IMG/VR virus record: IMGVR_UViG_3300037067_013379
Span: 13,497-77,496 of that record
Strand: one strand, 5' to 3'
Length of the DNA: 64,000 nt
Source of the DNA: a virus
Taxonomy: Duplodnaviria; Caudoviricetes
A model generated the notes under the pieces. It had not been told where the DNA came from. It saw nothing but the letters and a program-made list of their open reading frames with translations, and ran no database searches. The translations under genes and the position numbers were made by a program. Below are positions 1-9,205 of this stretch, piece by piece. Within the stretch, counting starts at the first letter, position 1; each line of letters starts with the position of its first letter.

Positions 1-1
1 C

Positions 2-742
2 GCCCGGAACGCCCTCGTCGACATCCTGCACACCTGCCTCCGCGTGAACGACGTCCCCCTCCGCGTCGGAGACCACGTCGTGTCCTCGGCGAACGTCGAA
101 CTCAACACGACCCTCGCCACCGGTAACGACGAGGTGTGCCTCGCAGCGAAGATCCACGGCTGGTGTGAGATCCACCCATGGTTCGAGGAGACCGATCGGG
201 AATGGTTCGCTGACGTCATCGAGTACGCCGTGGCGTCCGGGGTGTACCGCGAGGGCACCTGGCACACTGGCACCACCGGAACCACCGAAGACCGGCAACT
301 GGTCCGGCAGGGCTGGGAGGACGTGATCGCCCTCCTCCGCGACGTCGCCCAACACCCCGGAGAGGTCGTCCTGTCCTACTCGGTGTGCGACGGATTCCCA
401 AACCCCGAGGTGTCGACGACCATGCCACCCTGGCCGGACGGTGTCCCCTACCGATGGGAGGCACTGACCCCCGCCCAGCAGAAGACGCGATCGGACGCAC
501 GGCGTATCTGGTACGACCTCGAACCCGACCAGCGCTGGGAGACCGCCATGGCGGGCCTCCGCTACTCGCGGCCGTGGGCGAACATCACCCCGGAAAACCT
601 CACTACCGCCACGTTCGGCCCGGACGTGACCCTGTTCGACGTGTTCCACCCGGACCGGGTCGAACGGGTCCGGGTGGCGTTCGAGGGGGACGCCCAGGCC
701 GAGGCCGAGGAGGAGGAGCGCCGTGCCACCCAACCCGCCTGA
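2..742 (+). CDS. Hypothetical phage protein, 5'-truncated by the window edge
   Basis: Frame is open from base 2 to TGA at 740-742; codon usage is GC3-rich. Confidence 0.7.
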   Translation, partial: ARNALVDILHTCLRVNDVPLRVGDHVVSSANVELNTTLATGNDEVCLAAKIHGWCEIHPWFEETDREWFADVIEYAVASGVYREGTWHTGTTGTTEDRQLVRQGWEDVIALLRDVAQHPGEVVLSYSVCDGFPNPEVSTTMPPWPDGVPYRWEALTPAQQKTRSDARRIWYDLEPDQRWETAMAGLRYSRPWANITPENLTTATFGPDVTLFDVFHPDRVERVRVAFEGDAQAEAEEEERRATQPA

Positions 743-875
743 CGACGACGAGATCTGCGGCGAGACGTTCGACCACGACGAGGTGATCACCTACGACGGC
801 CCCGACGGGTTGCAGTGGGAGTGTCGGCGTTGTGGTGCGGAGGTGTTCGAGGAGAAGGAGGAAACACCACAATGA
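723..875 (+). CDS. Small 50-aa protein with a possible Zn-binding motif (C..H..CxxC); not in the ORF track
   Basis: GTG at 723 follows GAGGAGGAG. Translates MPPNPPDDDEICGETFDHDEVITYDGPDGLQWECRRCGAEVFEEKEETPQ. Its stop overlaps the next start (ATGA). Confidence 0.6.
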   Translation: MPPNPPDDDEICGETFDHDEVITYDGPDGLQWECRRCGAEVFEEKEETPQ

Positions 876-1237
876 CCAGCATGATCCTCAAGGTCGACCC
901 GGAACCCGGCACCGACCGATACATGATCTGGTCCACCGTGACCGACATGCCCACCGTCATCGGAACCCGCGAGGACATGATCGCGTGGCTACGTCTCCCC
1001 GTGGGCAACGGAACCCTCGAACAGGCGAAACGGGTCATGTGCCGGGTAGACCAAACCGGCACCTCCGACCGCTCTGGCCGTGGCGGTTGGGACGACGTCG
1101 AACCGATCCCGATCGGGGACATCGCACCCGACGACGGCTGGTACCAGATCGGCCGACGTGACCTACCCGCGCTCGCCGACGCGATCGGGCACGGCGACAC
1201 GGCCATGGTGCACCAGTTGCTCGTCCGCTACGCCTGA
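872..1237 (+). CDS. Hypothetical protein
   Basis: ATG at 872 follows a GGAGGAAA RBS and is coupled to the upstream ORF. Confidence 0.7.
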   Translation: MTSMILKVDPEPGTDRYMIWSTVTDMPTVIGTREDMIAWLRLPVGNGTLEQAKRVMCRVDQTGTSDRSGRGGWDDVEPIPIGDIAPDDGWYQIGRRDLPALADAIGHGDTAMVHQLLVRYA

Positions 1238-1585
1238 CTGGCGACCATGGCCAGTGATGCGTTAGGGTTGCGCTAGATGGTCCGCTGCACGAACCAGGGA
1301 GACGACTGACGGCTCACCCCTGGCGTACCGAACGACTGACCGAACGCCTTGCCCCAGATATCCCCTGGGGGCCAACGTCGGATGGTTCTACTAGGGAAAA
1401 CTCGATCCGTCAGGCAACCATCTTGCGGCCCCGGCCAGCCACCGTCGCTGGGGATCAAGGGAACGGTGGGCTCGAACGCTCCGGCACCAGGGGGACTCTG
1501 GACCGCCGGAGCGTTCACCATTCCCCGAGCCACGGTTTGGGGTGACCCGTCGTCACATGGGGTATACGACCACTACCCTGAGGGC

Positions 1586-2002
1586 ATGTTCCGGACAACC
1601 GAAACCTACGGGTTCGACCTGGCATACGACGGGGACGAAGGCCCGGGGCGACTCCCCTGCCGAATCGAGATCACGTCACGGCGCGACCTGCCCGACGTCG
1701 ACCACCACAACCCCGTAATCGACGAGACCACCGACGCACGCCTGTCGATGACAACCCGATCCGTGATCATGAGTCGGATCGTCGAGGAACTCGACGGCCA
1801 GCCACTCGACGGCCCGATCCTTGACCTCGGATCAACGAATCACGCCCCGGAACGCATCGCGGTCTGGGCCTACTGGCTCGCCCGTGACCAGTCCCGGTAC
1901 GAACGGGACCTCACCGGCTGGAACCTCACCGTCGAATCGGCCCGGGTCGTCTCGGATGGCCGGTGGTCGGTCGAGTACGCGCCAACGGCGGGTGATCGGT
2001 GA
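1586..2002 (+). CDS. Divergent QueD/PTPS-like T-fold protein lacking the Zn-binding His motifs
   Basis: MFRTT start, EELDGQPLD, NHAPERIAVWAY and terminal ARVVSDGRWSVEY follow the QueD layout. It abuts a queE-like gene. The H...C...LHGH signature is absent. Confidence 0.5.
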   Translation: MFRTTETYGFDLAYDGDEGPGRLPCRIEITSRRDLPDVDHHNPVIDETTDARLSMTTRSVIMSRIVEELDGQPLDGPILDLGSTNHAPERIAVWAYWLARDQSRYERDLTGWNLTVESARVVSDGRWSVEYAPTAGDR

Positions 2003-2739
2003 TGGGGGCCGAGGACGGGCCGGACCCCGGCCGGGACGCCATCCTCTACGCGAACGAGTTTCGCGTTGACACGATGATCGGGGAGGGGCCGGACGCCGGC
2101 CGGCGTTGCGCCATCATCCGCCTCGCTGGATGCAACCTCACCTGCGACGTGTGCGACCAACCGTCGACGTGGGGGCCGCACACGATGAGCCGGCCGGTAC
2201 GCGTCGGCGTGCTCCTCGATCGTCTCGACCAGGCCGGGCGAACGTTCCCGATCGGCCGGGTCGTCATCACCGGTGGTGAACCGCTGATGCAACAGGAGGG
2301 GCCGGCGTTGCGGTGCCTCGTCGAGGGGTGCGTCGACGTCGGCCGGACGGTGTGCGTGGAAACCAACGGGACGATCACCCCGTGTCCGTGGCTGCGGGAC
2401 CTCGACGAGTGCGGACGGCTCCGCTGGCGGGTCTCCCCGAAACTGTTCGGGGCCTTGGCGTCCGACCCCAGGCAGCGACGGGTGTACCCCCCCGCGCTGC
2501 GTTGGTTCACCCGTAGTCCGAACTCCGACTTCCTGTTCCCGTGCCAGGAGGTGACGGACATCGACGCGATCCGCCTGTTCTGCACCGACTATCACCTACA
2601 CCCCGGCCGGGTGTGGGGGTACCCACTCGGAACGGAGTACACGGACGTCATCCGGGTCGGCCAGCAGTTGGCGCCATCGGTACTTCGTGCCGGGTTCAAC
2701 ATGTCGACCCGGCTAGGCATGATCATGATGGGTAGATAG
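1999..2739 (+). CDS. queE: QueE-like radical SAM protein (7-carboxy-7-deazaguanine synthase family)
   Basis: TMIGEG, RLAGCNLTCDVCD (CxxxCxxC), VVITGGEPL, VETNGT and SPK motifs. Confidence 0.8.
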   Translation: MMGAEDGPDPGRDAILYANEFRVDTMIGEGPDAGRRCAIIRLAGCNLTCDVCDQPSTWGPHTMSRPVRVGVLLDRLDQAGRTFPIGRVVITGGEPLMQQEGPALRCLVEGCVDVGRTVCVETNGTITPCPWLRDLDECGRLRWRVSPKLFGALASDPRQRRVYPPALRWFTRSPNSDFLFPCQEVTDIDAIRLFCTDYHLHPGRVWGYPLGTEYTDVIRVGQQLAPSVLRAGFNMSTRLGMIMMGR

Positions 2740-2762
2740 ACCACCAACTGACGGGAGGGGCC

Positions 2763-4442
2763 GTGGCAAGACTACGAGCGCTCCGCGACCCCTCCAGCAT
2801 GAGCGACGCGGAACTGATGGCGGAGGCCGAGGCCCTCGAAGCGGCCGAGGACCACGCGTCGATGTCGGACCCGGCCGCGTTGCTCCGTCGGATCGTCCCG
2901 CGCTACCGGCTACGCCCCCACCTCGACGTGATCACCACCCAAATGAAACGGATCATGTCGGGGGAAATCGACCGACTATTGATCACCCTCCCCCCGCAGA
3001 CCGGGAAGACGTTGACCGCCGTGGTCGGGGGAGCCGTGTGGTGGTTGGCGAACCGCCCGGACGCGAAGGTCATCATCGGGTCGTACGGTGATTCGCTGGC
3101 CGTGGACCGGGGCCGCGATTCGAAGCGCCTCATCGAGGAACACGGGCACCGGTTCGGATTGTCCCTCGCCCGTGGCTCCGAAGCCGTCCAGGACTGGCAC
3201 CTCACCACCGGGGGCGGGGTCCTGTCAGTCGGGATCGGGGCCGGCGTGACCGGGAAGCCAGGCGACATCGCGTTCATCGACGACCCGCACAAGAGCCGGG
3301 CCGAGGCGGACTCGTTGCGGTTCCGCGACCGGGCGTACCGGTGGTTGAGCGCGGACATCATCAGCCGGTTGTCTCCCGGTGCCCCGATGGTCATGGTCAT
3401 GACCATGTGGCACCCGGACGACCTGGCGGCCCGGGTCATAGCCGACGAGGGGACCACGGCGGAGGGGGGCCGGTGGGAGGTCGTGCGGATGCCGGCGTTC
3501 TGCGACGATCCCGCGCACGACCCGTTGGGTCGGAACCTCGGCGATCCGTTGCCGCACCCGAAGATTCGGGAGGGTGATGTCGCGCGGGCAACAGCCCATT
3601 GGCAGGACAAGCGCCGGGCGTCGACGGTGCAGGACTGGCACGCGTTGTACATGTGCGACCCGAAACCGGCCGAGGGTGCGCTGCTCACCCGTGACCTGTT
3701 GCGTGAGCGCCGGTGCTACACGAAGGGGTCGGCGTGTCATCCGTGCGACGCCGCGCCGGTCCGTGCCGCCGTGGCGGTTGACCCGTCCGGGGGCGGCCGG
3801 GACACGGCTGGGGTCGTCGGCGGATATCTCGGGTCGGACAAGCGCCTGTACCTGGTGCGCGACGCGTCCGGGGCGATGTCGTCGGATGCGTGGGCGCGGG
3901 CAGCGTGTGAAACGGCCGTGGACATCGACGCCGATCTGATCATCTTCGAGAAGAACTTCGGGGGTGACATGGCGGGTCGGATGATCCGAACCGCGTGGTC
4001 GACGTTGCAGACGGAGGAGCGGGAGGCGGCCCGGAACCGGGTGATGGACACGCAGGCGCACCTGACCGCGCGGGAGGTCGAACGGGCCGTCGACCGGACG
4101 ACGCTGCGGTACGGCCGGATGTGCCCCCGGATCAAGGCCGTGACGGCGCGGAAGAACAAGCGGCTGCGGGCAGACCCGATCGCGCAACAGTGGGTCGAGG
4201 ACCGTATCCGCACGGCCGCGTATCTGCCGGAGGTCGAGGAGGAGTGGGCGACGTGGCAGGAGGGATCGTCGGATTCGCCCGGCCGGATCGACGCGTCTAC
4301 CTACCTGGCGTATGCGTTGCTGCCGATCCCGAAGAGCGGGTCGGGGGGTGCCGCCGCGCCCGGTGGTTCGCTGCCAACGACGGGTTCCTCGCCGCTGGAC
4401 CGGGGATCGGGCGGCAGTGGTTTCGGGCCGCTGGCGCGGTAG
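2763..4442 (+). CDS. terL: Terminase large subunit
   Basis: Walker A-like LPPQTGKT, Walker B AFIDDP, and nuclease motifs VAVDPS and SPGRIDA. Confidence 0.92.
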   Translation: MARLRALRDPSSMSDAELMAEAEALEAAEDHASMSDPAALLRRIVPRYRLRPHLDVITTQMKRIMSGEIDRLLITLPPQTGKTLTAVVGGAVWWLANRPDAKVIIGSYGDSLAVDRGRDSKRLIEEHGHRFGLSLARGSEAVQDWHLTTGGGVLSVGIGAGVTGKPGDIAFIDDPHKSRAEADSLRFRDRAYRWLSADIISRLSPGAPMVMVMTMWHPDDLAARVIADEGTTAEGGRWEVVRMPAFCDDPAHDPLGRNLGDPLPHPKIREGDVARATAHWQDKRRASTVQDWHALYMCDPKPAEGALLTRDLLRERRCYTKGSACHPCDAAPVRAAVAVDPSGGGRDTAGVVGGYLGSDKRLYLVRDASGAMSSDAWARAACETAVDIDADLIIFEKNFGGDMAGRMIRTAWSTLQTEEREAARNRVMDTQAHLTAREVERAVDRTTLRYGRMCPRIKAVTARKNKRLRADPIAQQWVEDRIRTAAYLPEVEEEWATWQEGSSDSPGRIDASTYLAYALLPIPKSGSGGAAAPGGSLPTTGSSPLDRGSGGSGFGPLAR

Positions 4443-4468
4443 CTGGTGGTGTCGCGGTGGTGGTCGGT

Positions 4469-4777
4469 TCAGCCGTCCGCGTTGGCCTGTTCGCGCATGG
4501 CCGCTGTCTCGTTCGTCAGCCGCTCGTGCATCACGGCAGCCGCAGCCAACAGCGGGGACGTTCGTGGAATGCCGTTCGTCTGGACGAGGAGGCCGCAGAT
4601 CGTTGCGATGGTCTCGCCGTAGCGGTCCGGGCCGGCTATGGCTGCCGCCGCGCGCCGGATGACCGACGCTAGCGTGTCGTAGGTGTTCTCGTCGCCGGTT
4701 GTGCTGGGCGGGCCGACGTAGTCCTCGACAGTGATTTCCCCGCCACCGGTTTCGATGGTGAGCCTCACGCGTGCCAT
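4469..4777 (-). CDS. Hypothetical protein inserted in reverse orientation
   Basis: ATG at 4777 follows a GGAGG RBS; 102 aa. Confidence 0.6.
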   Translation of the reverse strand: MARVRLTIETGGGEITVEDYVGPPSTTGDENTYDTLASVIRRAAAAIAGPDRYGETIATICGLLVQTNGIPRTSPLLAAAAVMHERLTNETAAMREQANADG

Positions 4778-4900
4778 GTTGTTTACCTCCGTCGTTGCTC
4801 TTACGGTCGCTCGATCGTAGCAGCAGGGCAGGGTGATGGTTCCACTTGATTCCACGGTCGGATAGGACAATAATCCGCCGGCTGCGCCTATGATCACGGC

Positions 4901-5233
4901 ATGATGCCGTCTGTTGCTGTGCTGGCGTTGTACGCCCTGGCGGTAACCCGGGTCACCACGTTGATCACTCATGATGAGATCACCCGTGCGGCCCGCGAGC
5001 ATCTCATTGCGCGGTTTGACCCGTATCGTCGGGTGCATCGGATGCTGGTGTATCTCCTCGGCGCACCGGACGGTGACGCCATCGGCTGCCCGTGGTGCGT
5101 GTCCATCTGGGTCGGCGTGTTCACCGCGCCGATCATCTATTGGTGGTGGGCGGCCCCGATCGTCTCGATCATCGTGCTGGCGCTCGCCGTGTCGCAGGTA
5201 ACCGGAATGATCTACGCATACGGGCGGCAATGA
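4901..5233 (+). CDS. Membrane protein (DUF1360-like)
   Basis: Hydrophobic segments plus the CPWCVSIW motif; lies just upstream of the portal gene. Confidence 0.65.
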   Translation: MMPSVAVLALYALAVTRVTTLITHDEITRAAREHLIARFDPYRRVHRMLVYLLGAPDGDAIGCPWCVSIWVGVFTAPIIYWWWAAPIVSIIVLALAVSQVTGMIYAYGRQ

Positions 5234-7254
5234 TGATAGGTATCCGGCGTAGGAAGCGGCAGCTACGGGCGGTCAGCGAGGCGGACCCAGTCCTCCGCGC
5301 AGAGATCGATGGGCTGTTCTCGCCCCCGGTCCTGTGGCGGTTCCGGGGGGCCGACACCACCACGGCCCGGTTCCGGGAGATCATGACGGCGTCGGCGCGT
5401 CGCGCTATCGGTGACGGGCCGGCCGGTCGGTCGGTGACAGCGGCCGTGTCGCGCCTGTCGATGGACGGCGCGTCGTGGCGCTCGTACCGATTCGGCGATC
5501 GGGCGTGGCAGACGGACGCGTGGCGTTTGTACGACATCACCGGACAGTTGAGGTTCGTTGCGAACTGGGTCGGTAACTCCGTCTCGCGCTGCAACCTGTA
5601 CGTCGCCAAGGCCAAACCGGACGGGTCCCCCGGCGAACGCGTCGAAACCGGTCCGGTAGCGGAACTCGCCTCCGGGCCGCTCGGTACCGGAGACGCGAAG
5701 GCCGAGGCACTGCGCCTCCTCGGAATCGACCTATTCGTTCCCGGCGAGGCGTACGTGGTAGCCCAGTCCGGGGGCGGGGAGGACGGCGAAGACCTCTGGT
5801 GGGTCGTCACATCGAGGCAGATCAAACGACAGGGCGACACGATCACGGTCAGCCGTTCCCCGGTGCACGGGGGCGGGACCATGGAGTACCGCGAGGGCAT
5901 CGACCTGATCCTCCGGGTGTGGACACCGCACCCGGCCGACACGTCCGAACCCGACTCGGCGACCCGGTCCGCGATCCCGGACCTCCGCGAGATGGAGGCG
6001 CTGCGGAAACGCGAGTTCGCCGAGTTGGACTCCCGGCTGTCCGGGGCCGGCGTGTTCGCGATCCCCGAATCGTTGGAACTCCCCCGGGGAGACGACGACC
6101 CGGCCGGGGCCGCTGGGTTCTCCGCGCTCCTCGGCCGGGTCATGTCCCGGTCGTTGCGGGACCGGTCGTCAGCCGAGGCCATGGTGCCGATCATCATCAC
6201 CGGCCCCGGCGACGATATCGAGAAGATCCGACACATCACACTCTGGTCGGAACTGTCCGAACAGATTGGGACGATGCGGGAAGGCGCCCTCCGGTCCCTC
6301 GCCCAGTCGCTGGACATCCCGCCCGAGGTCCTGATCGGGTTGGGTTCGTCGACGAACCACTGGAACGCCTGGGCGATCAGCCGCGAGGCCGTACAGATCC
6401 ACATCAAACCGGTGTTGACCCGCATCGCAGCGGCCCTCACCACCGGCTACCTCGCACCCGCGCTCGAAGCGATGGGCGAGGACCCGAACGGCTACCTCTA
6501 CGCGTTCGACACCTCGCCATTGACCACGAACCCCGACCGTTCCGGGGACGCCAAGGACCTCCACGACCGTATGCTGTTGTCAGACGCCGTAACCCGGGCC
6601 GCGTCGTCGTGGTCCGACGGGGACGCCCCCTCCCCAACCGAGCGCTCCGTGCGACTCGTCGAGAAACTCCTCCTCACGTCCCCCGACGCGGTCCTGTCCG
6701 ACCCGACCCTCCGGGCGCTGATCGGACTACCCGAGGCCCAAACGGTCGCGGCACCGGCCCCCACAACCCCCACGGGCACGGAGGAGACACCGCCCCCCGT
6801 CGAGGAGGAGGAAACCCTCCCCGAAGAAACCGAGGTCGAGGAGGAGGAGGGCGGAGAGGGCCAGGGGCCGCCACCGGCCGGACCACCCACGGCACCACCT
6901 GGATTGTCGTTCGCGGCACAGTTGGCGATCCGACGGGCGCTCGGCCTCGCCGGAACCCGCCTCGTCCCGCACTCGAAACGGCCGACCGGGGTACCCGCCT
7001 ACCAGTTGCACGTTCATCACGGGCCGGTGGTCGGATCACAGAAGATCGCGACGTTCCTCGCCGGATCCTGGCGGGACGAGTTCGCGGGGGTCGGATCGGC
7101 GTTCGGGGTAGACGACCGGTTGTTCGTCGCGCTGGTCGAGGAGCACTGCCGTGACCTGTTGGTCCGTGGAATCGCCTATGACCCCGTCGACGTCGATACC
7201 CTGTTCGCGGCCCCGGCGACCATCAACCGGCTACGGGTGATCTCCTGTGGATGA
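5230..7254 (+). CDS. Portal protein
   Basis: Lies between terL and MuF. WQTDAWRLYDITGQLRF..W and IPIII/LDIPPEVL segments resemble actinophage portals. Acidic, Pro-rich C-terminal tail. Confidence 0.8.
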   Translation: MMIGIRRRKRQLRAVSEADPVLRAEIDGLFSPPVLWRFRGADTTTARFREIMTASARRAIGDGPAGRSVTAAVSRLSMDGASWRSYRFGDRAWQTDAWRLYDITGQLRFVANWVGNSVSRCNLYVAKAKPDGSPGERVETGPVAELASGPLGTGDAKAEALRLLGIDLFVPGEAYVVAQSGGGEDGEDLWWVVTSRQIKRQGDTITVSRSPVHGGGTMEYREGIDLILRVWTPHPADTSEPDSATRSAIPDLREMEALRKREFAELDSRLSGAGVFAIPESLELPRGDDDPAGAAGFSALLGRVMSRSLRDRSSAEAMVPIIITGPGDDIEKIRHITLWSELSEQIGTMREGALRSLAQSLDIPPEVLIGLGSSTNHWNAWAISREAVQIHIKPVLTRIAAALTTGYLAPALEAMGEDPNGYLYAFDTSPLTTNPDRSGDAKDLHDRMLLSDAVTRAASSWSDGDAPSPTERSVRLVEKLLLTSPDAVLSDPTLRALIGLPEAQTVAAPAPTTPTGTEETPPPVEEEETLPEETEVEEEEGGEGQGPPPAGPPTAPPGLSFAAQLAIRRALGLAGTRLVPHSKRPTGVPAYQLHVHHGPVVGSQKIATFLAGSWRDEFAGVGSAFGVDDRLFVALVEEHCRDLLVRGIAYDPVDVDTLFAAPATINRLRVISCG

Positions 7255-9190
7255 CATGTGGTCGTTGGAGTACGCCCGGACCGTGCCGGGTGCGATGGTC
7301 AACGCGGTTGGGGACGTGTTCTACCCGGACGGCCCCGAGGACGCGGCGTGGTTCGCGGTAGAGCACGAAGCGTGGGTGATCACCGGCGCTGACACGGGGC
7401 CGGTGTGGGACGGCGAGGGAACCGACCCGTGGCTGGTTCCCCGGATGGAGGCAGCGGCGGAGGCCGCCGTGGCGGAGGCCGCGATCCGTGAGGCCCTGTG
7501 GGTCGAGTTGTCTGGGTGGCTGGTGACGGTGTCCCGCGCGGTCCTCCACACGGCGCTCCCCGACCCGTTGGCCGTGTTCTCGAAGTCCCCAGCGTGGGCT
7601 GCCGCCGTGGACCGGGTCGTTCGGGGTCCGGTCCGGGACGCGGTCGGTGCGGCCTACCAGACACTGCTGGGACCCGGGTTCCGATTCGATTCGCGTCCGG
7701 CCGTGGTCGAGCACCTGGCGACGGTGTCCAACCGGATGGTTCGCACCGTGGACTCGACGTTTGATCTCGTCGCCCGGCAGGTGTCGATCGGGGCGAACCT
7801 CGGCGAAAGCGCGGCGGAGATCGCGGACCGGGTCGACGGGGTGTTGTCGACCACCCGCACGGAGCGCTGGCCGAACCGGGCGACCGTGGTCGCGCGGACG
7901 GAGACGATGGGGGCGTTGAACGCCGGCCGGCAGGATGCGTTCGCGGCCGTGGCGGAGGAGTTGGCGAAGCCGTTCGAGCAGATGTGGGTGGCGACGATGG
8001 ACAAGCGGGTTCGCCACACCCACCGGCGCGCGGACGGGCAGCGGGTACCGACGGGGCAGCCGTTCATCGTTGGTGGCGCGTCGCTGCGGTTCCCCGGCGA
8101 CCCCATGGGACCGGGCAAAGAGGTCATACAGTGTCTACCGGGAACTACCATGGTCGACTATCGGGCTATACGTTCCGTTATGAGACGTTGGTACGACGGT
8201 GATGTTGTCACGATCCGGTTTGCCAGTGGCGACGATCTCACCATTACACCGAATCACCCGGTATTGCGGGCCGATGGGAGATGGGTTTCCGCTGGTCTCC
8301 TCAACGAAGGAGATCACTGCGTTCGCTGTGGTTTCCGTCGGGACGATTCCGGAGCACCAGACGAAGATGGTGGACCATCCGAGATCGGCGAGGTCTACCG
8401 TTCGGCGTGCGAGTACCAGACGGCGAATCGGATAGCCCTCTCCCCACCAGACCTCCACGGCGACGCGCCCAATGGCGAGGTCGATGTTGTAGCCGTACAC
8501 GGCGGTTTGCGTTTCGACGGTGATCCCGCACGCGAGGAGGAGATCGACAAGTTCGGCCTCACCCTTGCCGACTTTGCGTGTTCGTGTCGTGGCGGTACTG
8601 ATGGTGGGTTGTTCACGGTCAGGATTCCTCTTAGCGAATCTGACGCCGGACTTGCGTCGTTCGGCGTTCGCCGGTGCCGTGAGGAGACGGCGGGCCTCGA
8701 CGTCGGTTCGTCCCATTCTGATTCTGTTGGCCTCACTTCTGGTACGGATGGTGATTCCAGCGGCCTTGAGACGACGGATGATGGTCGGTCGACTAACACC
8801 GGTTGCTGCCGCGATCGCGAGGACGCTGTCGCCGTTGTTGTATCGGGCGATCACGTCGGCCGTGTCGATGTTGACGCCCGTGGCGAGTCGTCCGGCTTCG
8901 GACGCGGTTCGGATTCTGGTACCTACGGCCCGGAGGTTCTTGGTGATGGTGTCCGGGGTGTATCCGAGTTCGGTTGCGAGTTCGACGGTGCTGGCACCGT
9001 TTTCGTAACGACGTCGGAGATCGTTTCGATCGATCGGCACGCGTTCGCGGGTCATGTGTTCAACCTCGACACTGGAGTTGGGTGGTACACCGCCAATTGT
9101 ATACCAGTAAGAAATTGCCGGTGCACCACGATCCTTTTGGAACCGGGGGAGAATGTTGATCTCACGCATCGTCAGTTCAAGAATCACTAG
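7247..9190 (+). CDS. MuF-like head morphogenesis (minor capsid) protein containing an intein
   Basis: RATVVARTET, WVATMDKRVRHTH and LRFPGDP..EVIQ|C...N|CRC are MuF signatures, split by an intein. Confidence 0.88.
   Translation: MDDMWSLEYARTVPGAMVNAVGDVFYPDGPEDAAWFAVEHEAWVITGADTGPVWDGEGTDPWLVPRMEAAAEAAVAEAAIREALWVELSGWLVTVSRAVLHTALPDPLAVFSKSPAWAAAVDRVVRGPVRDAVGAAYQTLLGPGFRFDSRPAVVEHLATVSNRMVRTVDSTFDLVARQVSIGANLGESAAEIADRVDGVLSTTRTERWPNRATVVARTETMGALNAGRQDAFAAVAEELAKPFEQMWVATMDKRVRHTHRRADGQRVPTGQPFIVGGASLRFPGDPMGPGKEVIQCLPGTTMVDYRAIRSVMRRWYDGDVVTIRFASGDDLTITPNHPVLRADGRWVSAGLLNEGDHCVRCGFRRDDSGAPDEDGGPSEIGEVYRSACEYQTANRIALSPPDLHGDAPNGEVDVVAVHGGLRFDGDPAREEEIDKFGLTLADFACSCRGGTDGGLFTVRIPLSESDAGLASFGVRRCREETAGLDVGSSHSDSVGLTSGTDGDSSGLETTDDGRSTNTGCCRDREDAVAVVVSGDHVGRVDVDARGESSGFGRGSDSGTYGPEVLGDGVRGVSEFGCEFDGAGTVFVTTSEIVSIDRHAFAGHVFNLDTGVGWYTANCIPVRNCRCTTILLEPGENVDLTHRQFKNH
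8132..9115 (+). mobile_element. Intein (328 aa) in MuF
   Basis: Starts CLPGTT, has block B TPNHP, and ends VFNLDT..WYTAN.IPVRN followed by Cys+1. Removing it restores EVIQ-CRC. Confidence 0.88.
8135..9055 (-). CDS. HTH-repeat + Vsr/DUF559-like PD-(D/E)xK endonuclease, encoded antisense inside the intein
   Basis: ATG at 9055 follows GAGGT. Two HTH-like repeats (STVELATELGYTPDTI; SVLAIAAATGVSRPTIIRRL) precede GEAEL..ETQ..YNIDLAIGRVAVEV..LADLGWSTIFVW. Confidence 0.75.
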   Translation of the reverse strand: MTRERVPIDRNDLRRRYENGASTVELATELGYTPDTITKNLRAVGTRIRTASEAGRLATGVNIDTADVIARYNNGDSVLAIAAATGVSRPTIIRRLKAAGITIRTRSEANRIRMGRTDVEARRLLTAPANAERRKSGVRFAKRNPDREQPTISTATTRTRKVGKGEAELVDLLLACGITVETQTAVYGYNIDLAIGRVAVEVWWGEGYPIRRLVLARRTVDLADLGWSTIFVWCSGIVPTETTANAVISFVEETSGNPSPIGPQYRVIRCNGEIVATGKPDRDNITVVPTSHNGTYSPIVDHGSSR

Positions 9191-9205
9191 CGTTAGGGGC
9201 TAGGT

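Noticed and set aside
8520-9008. Third overlapping ORF within the intein
   Set aside because: Reads as a low-information alternate frame with no motif or RBS.
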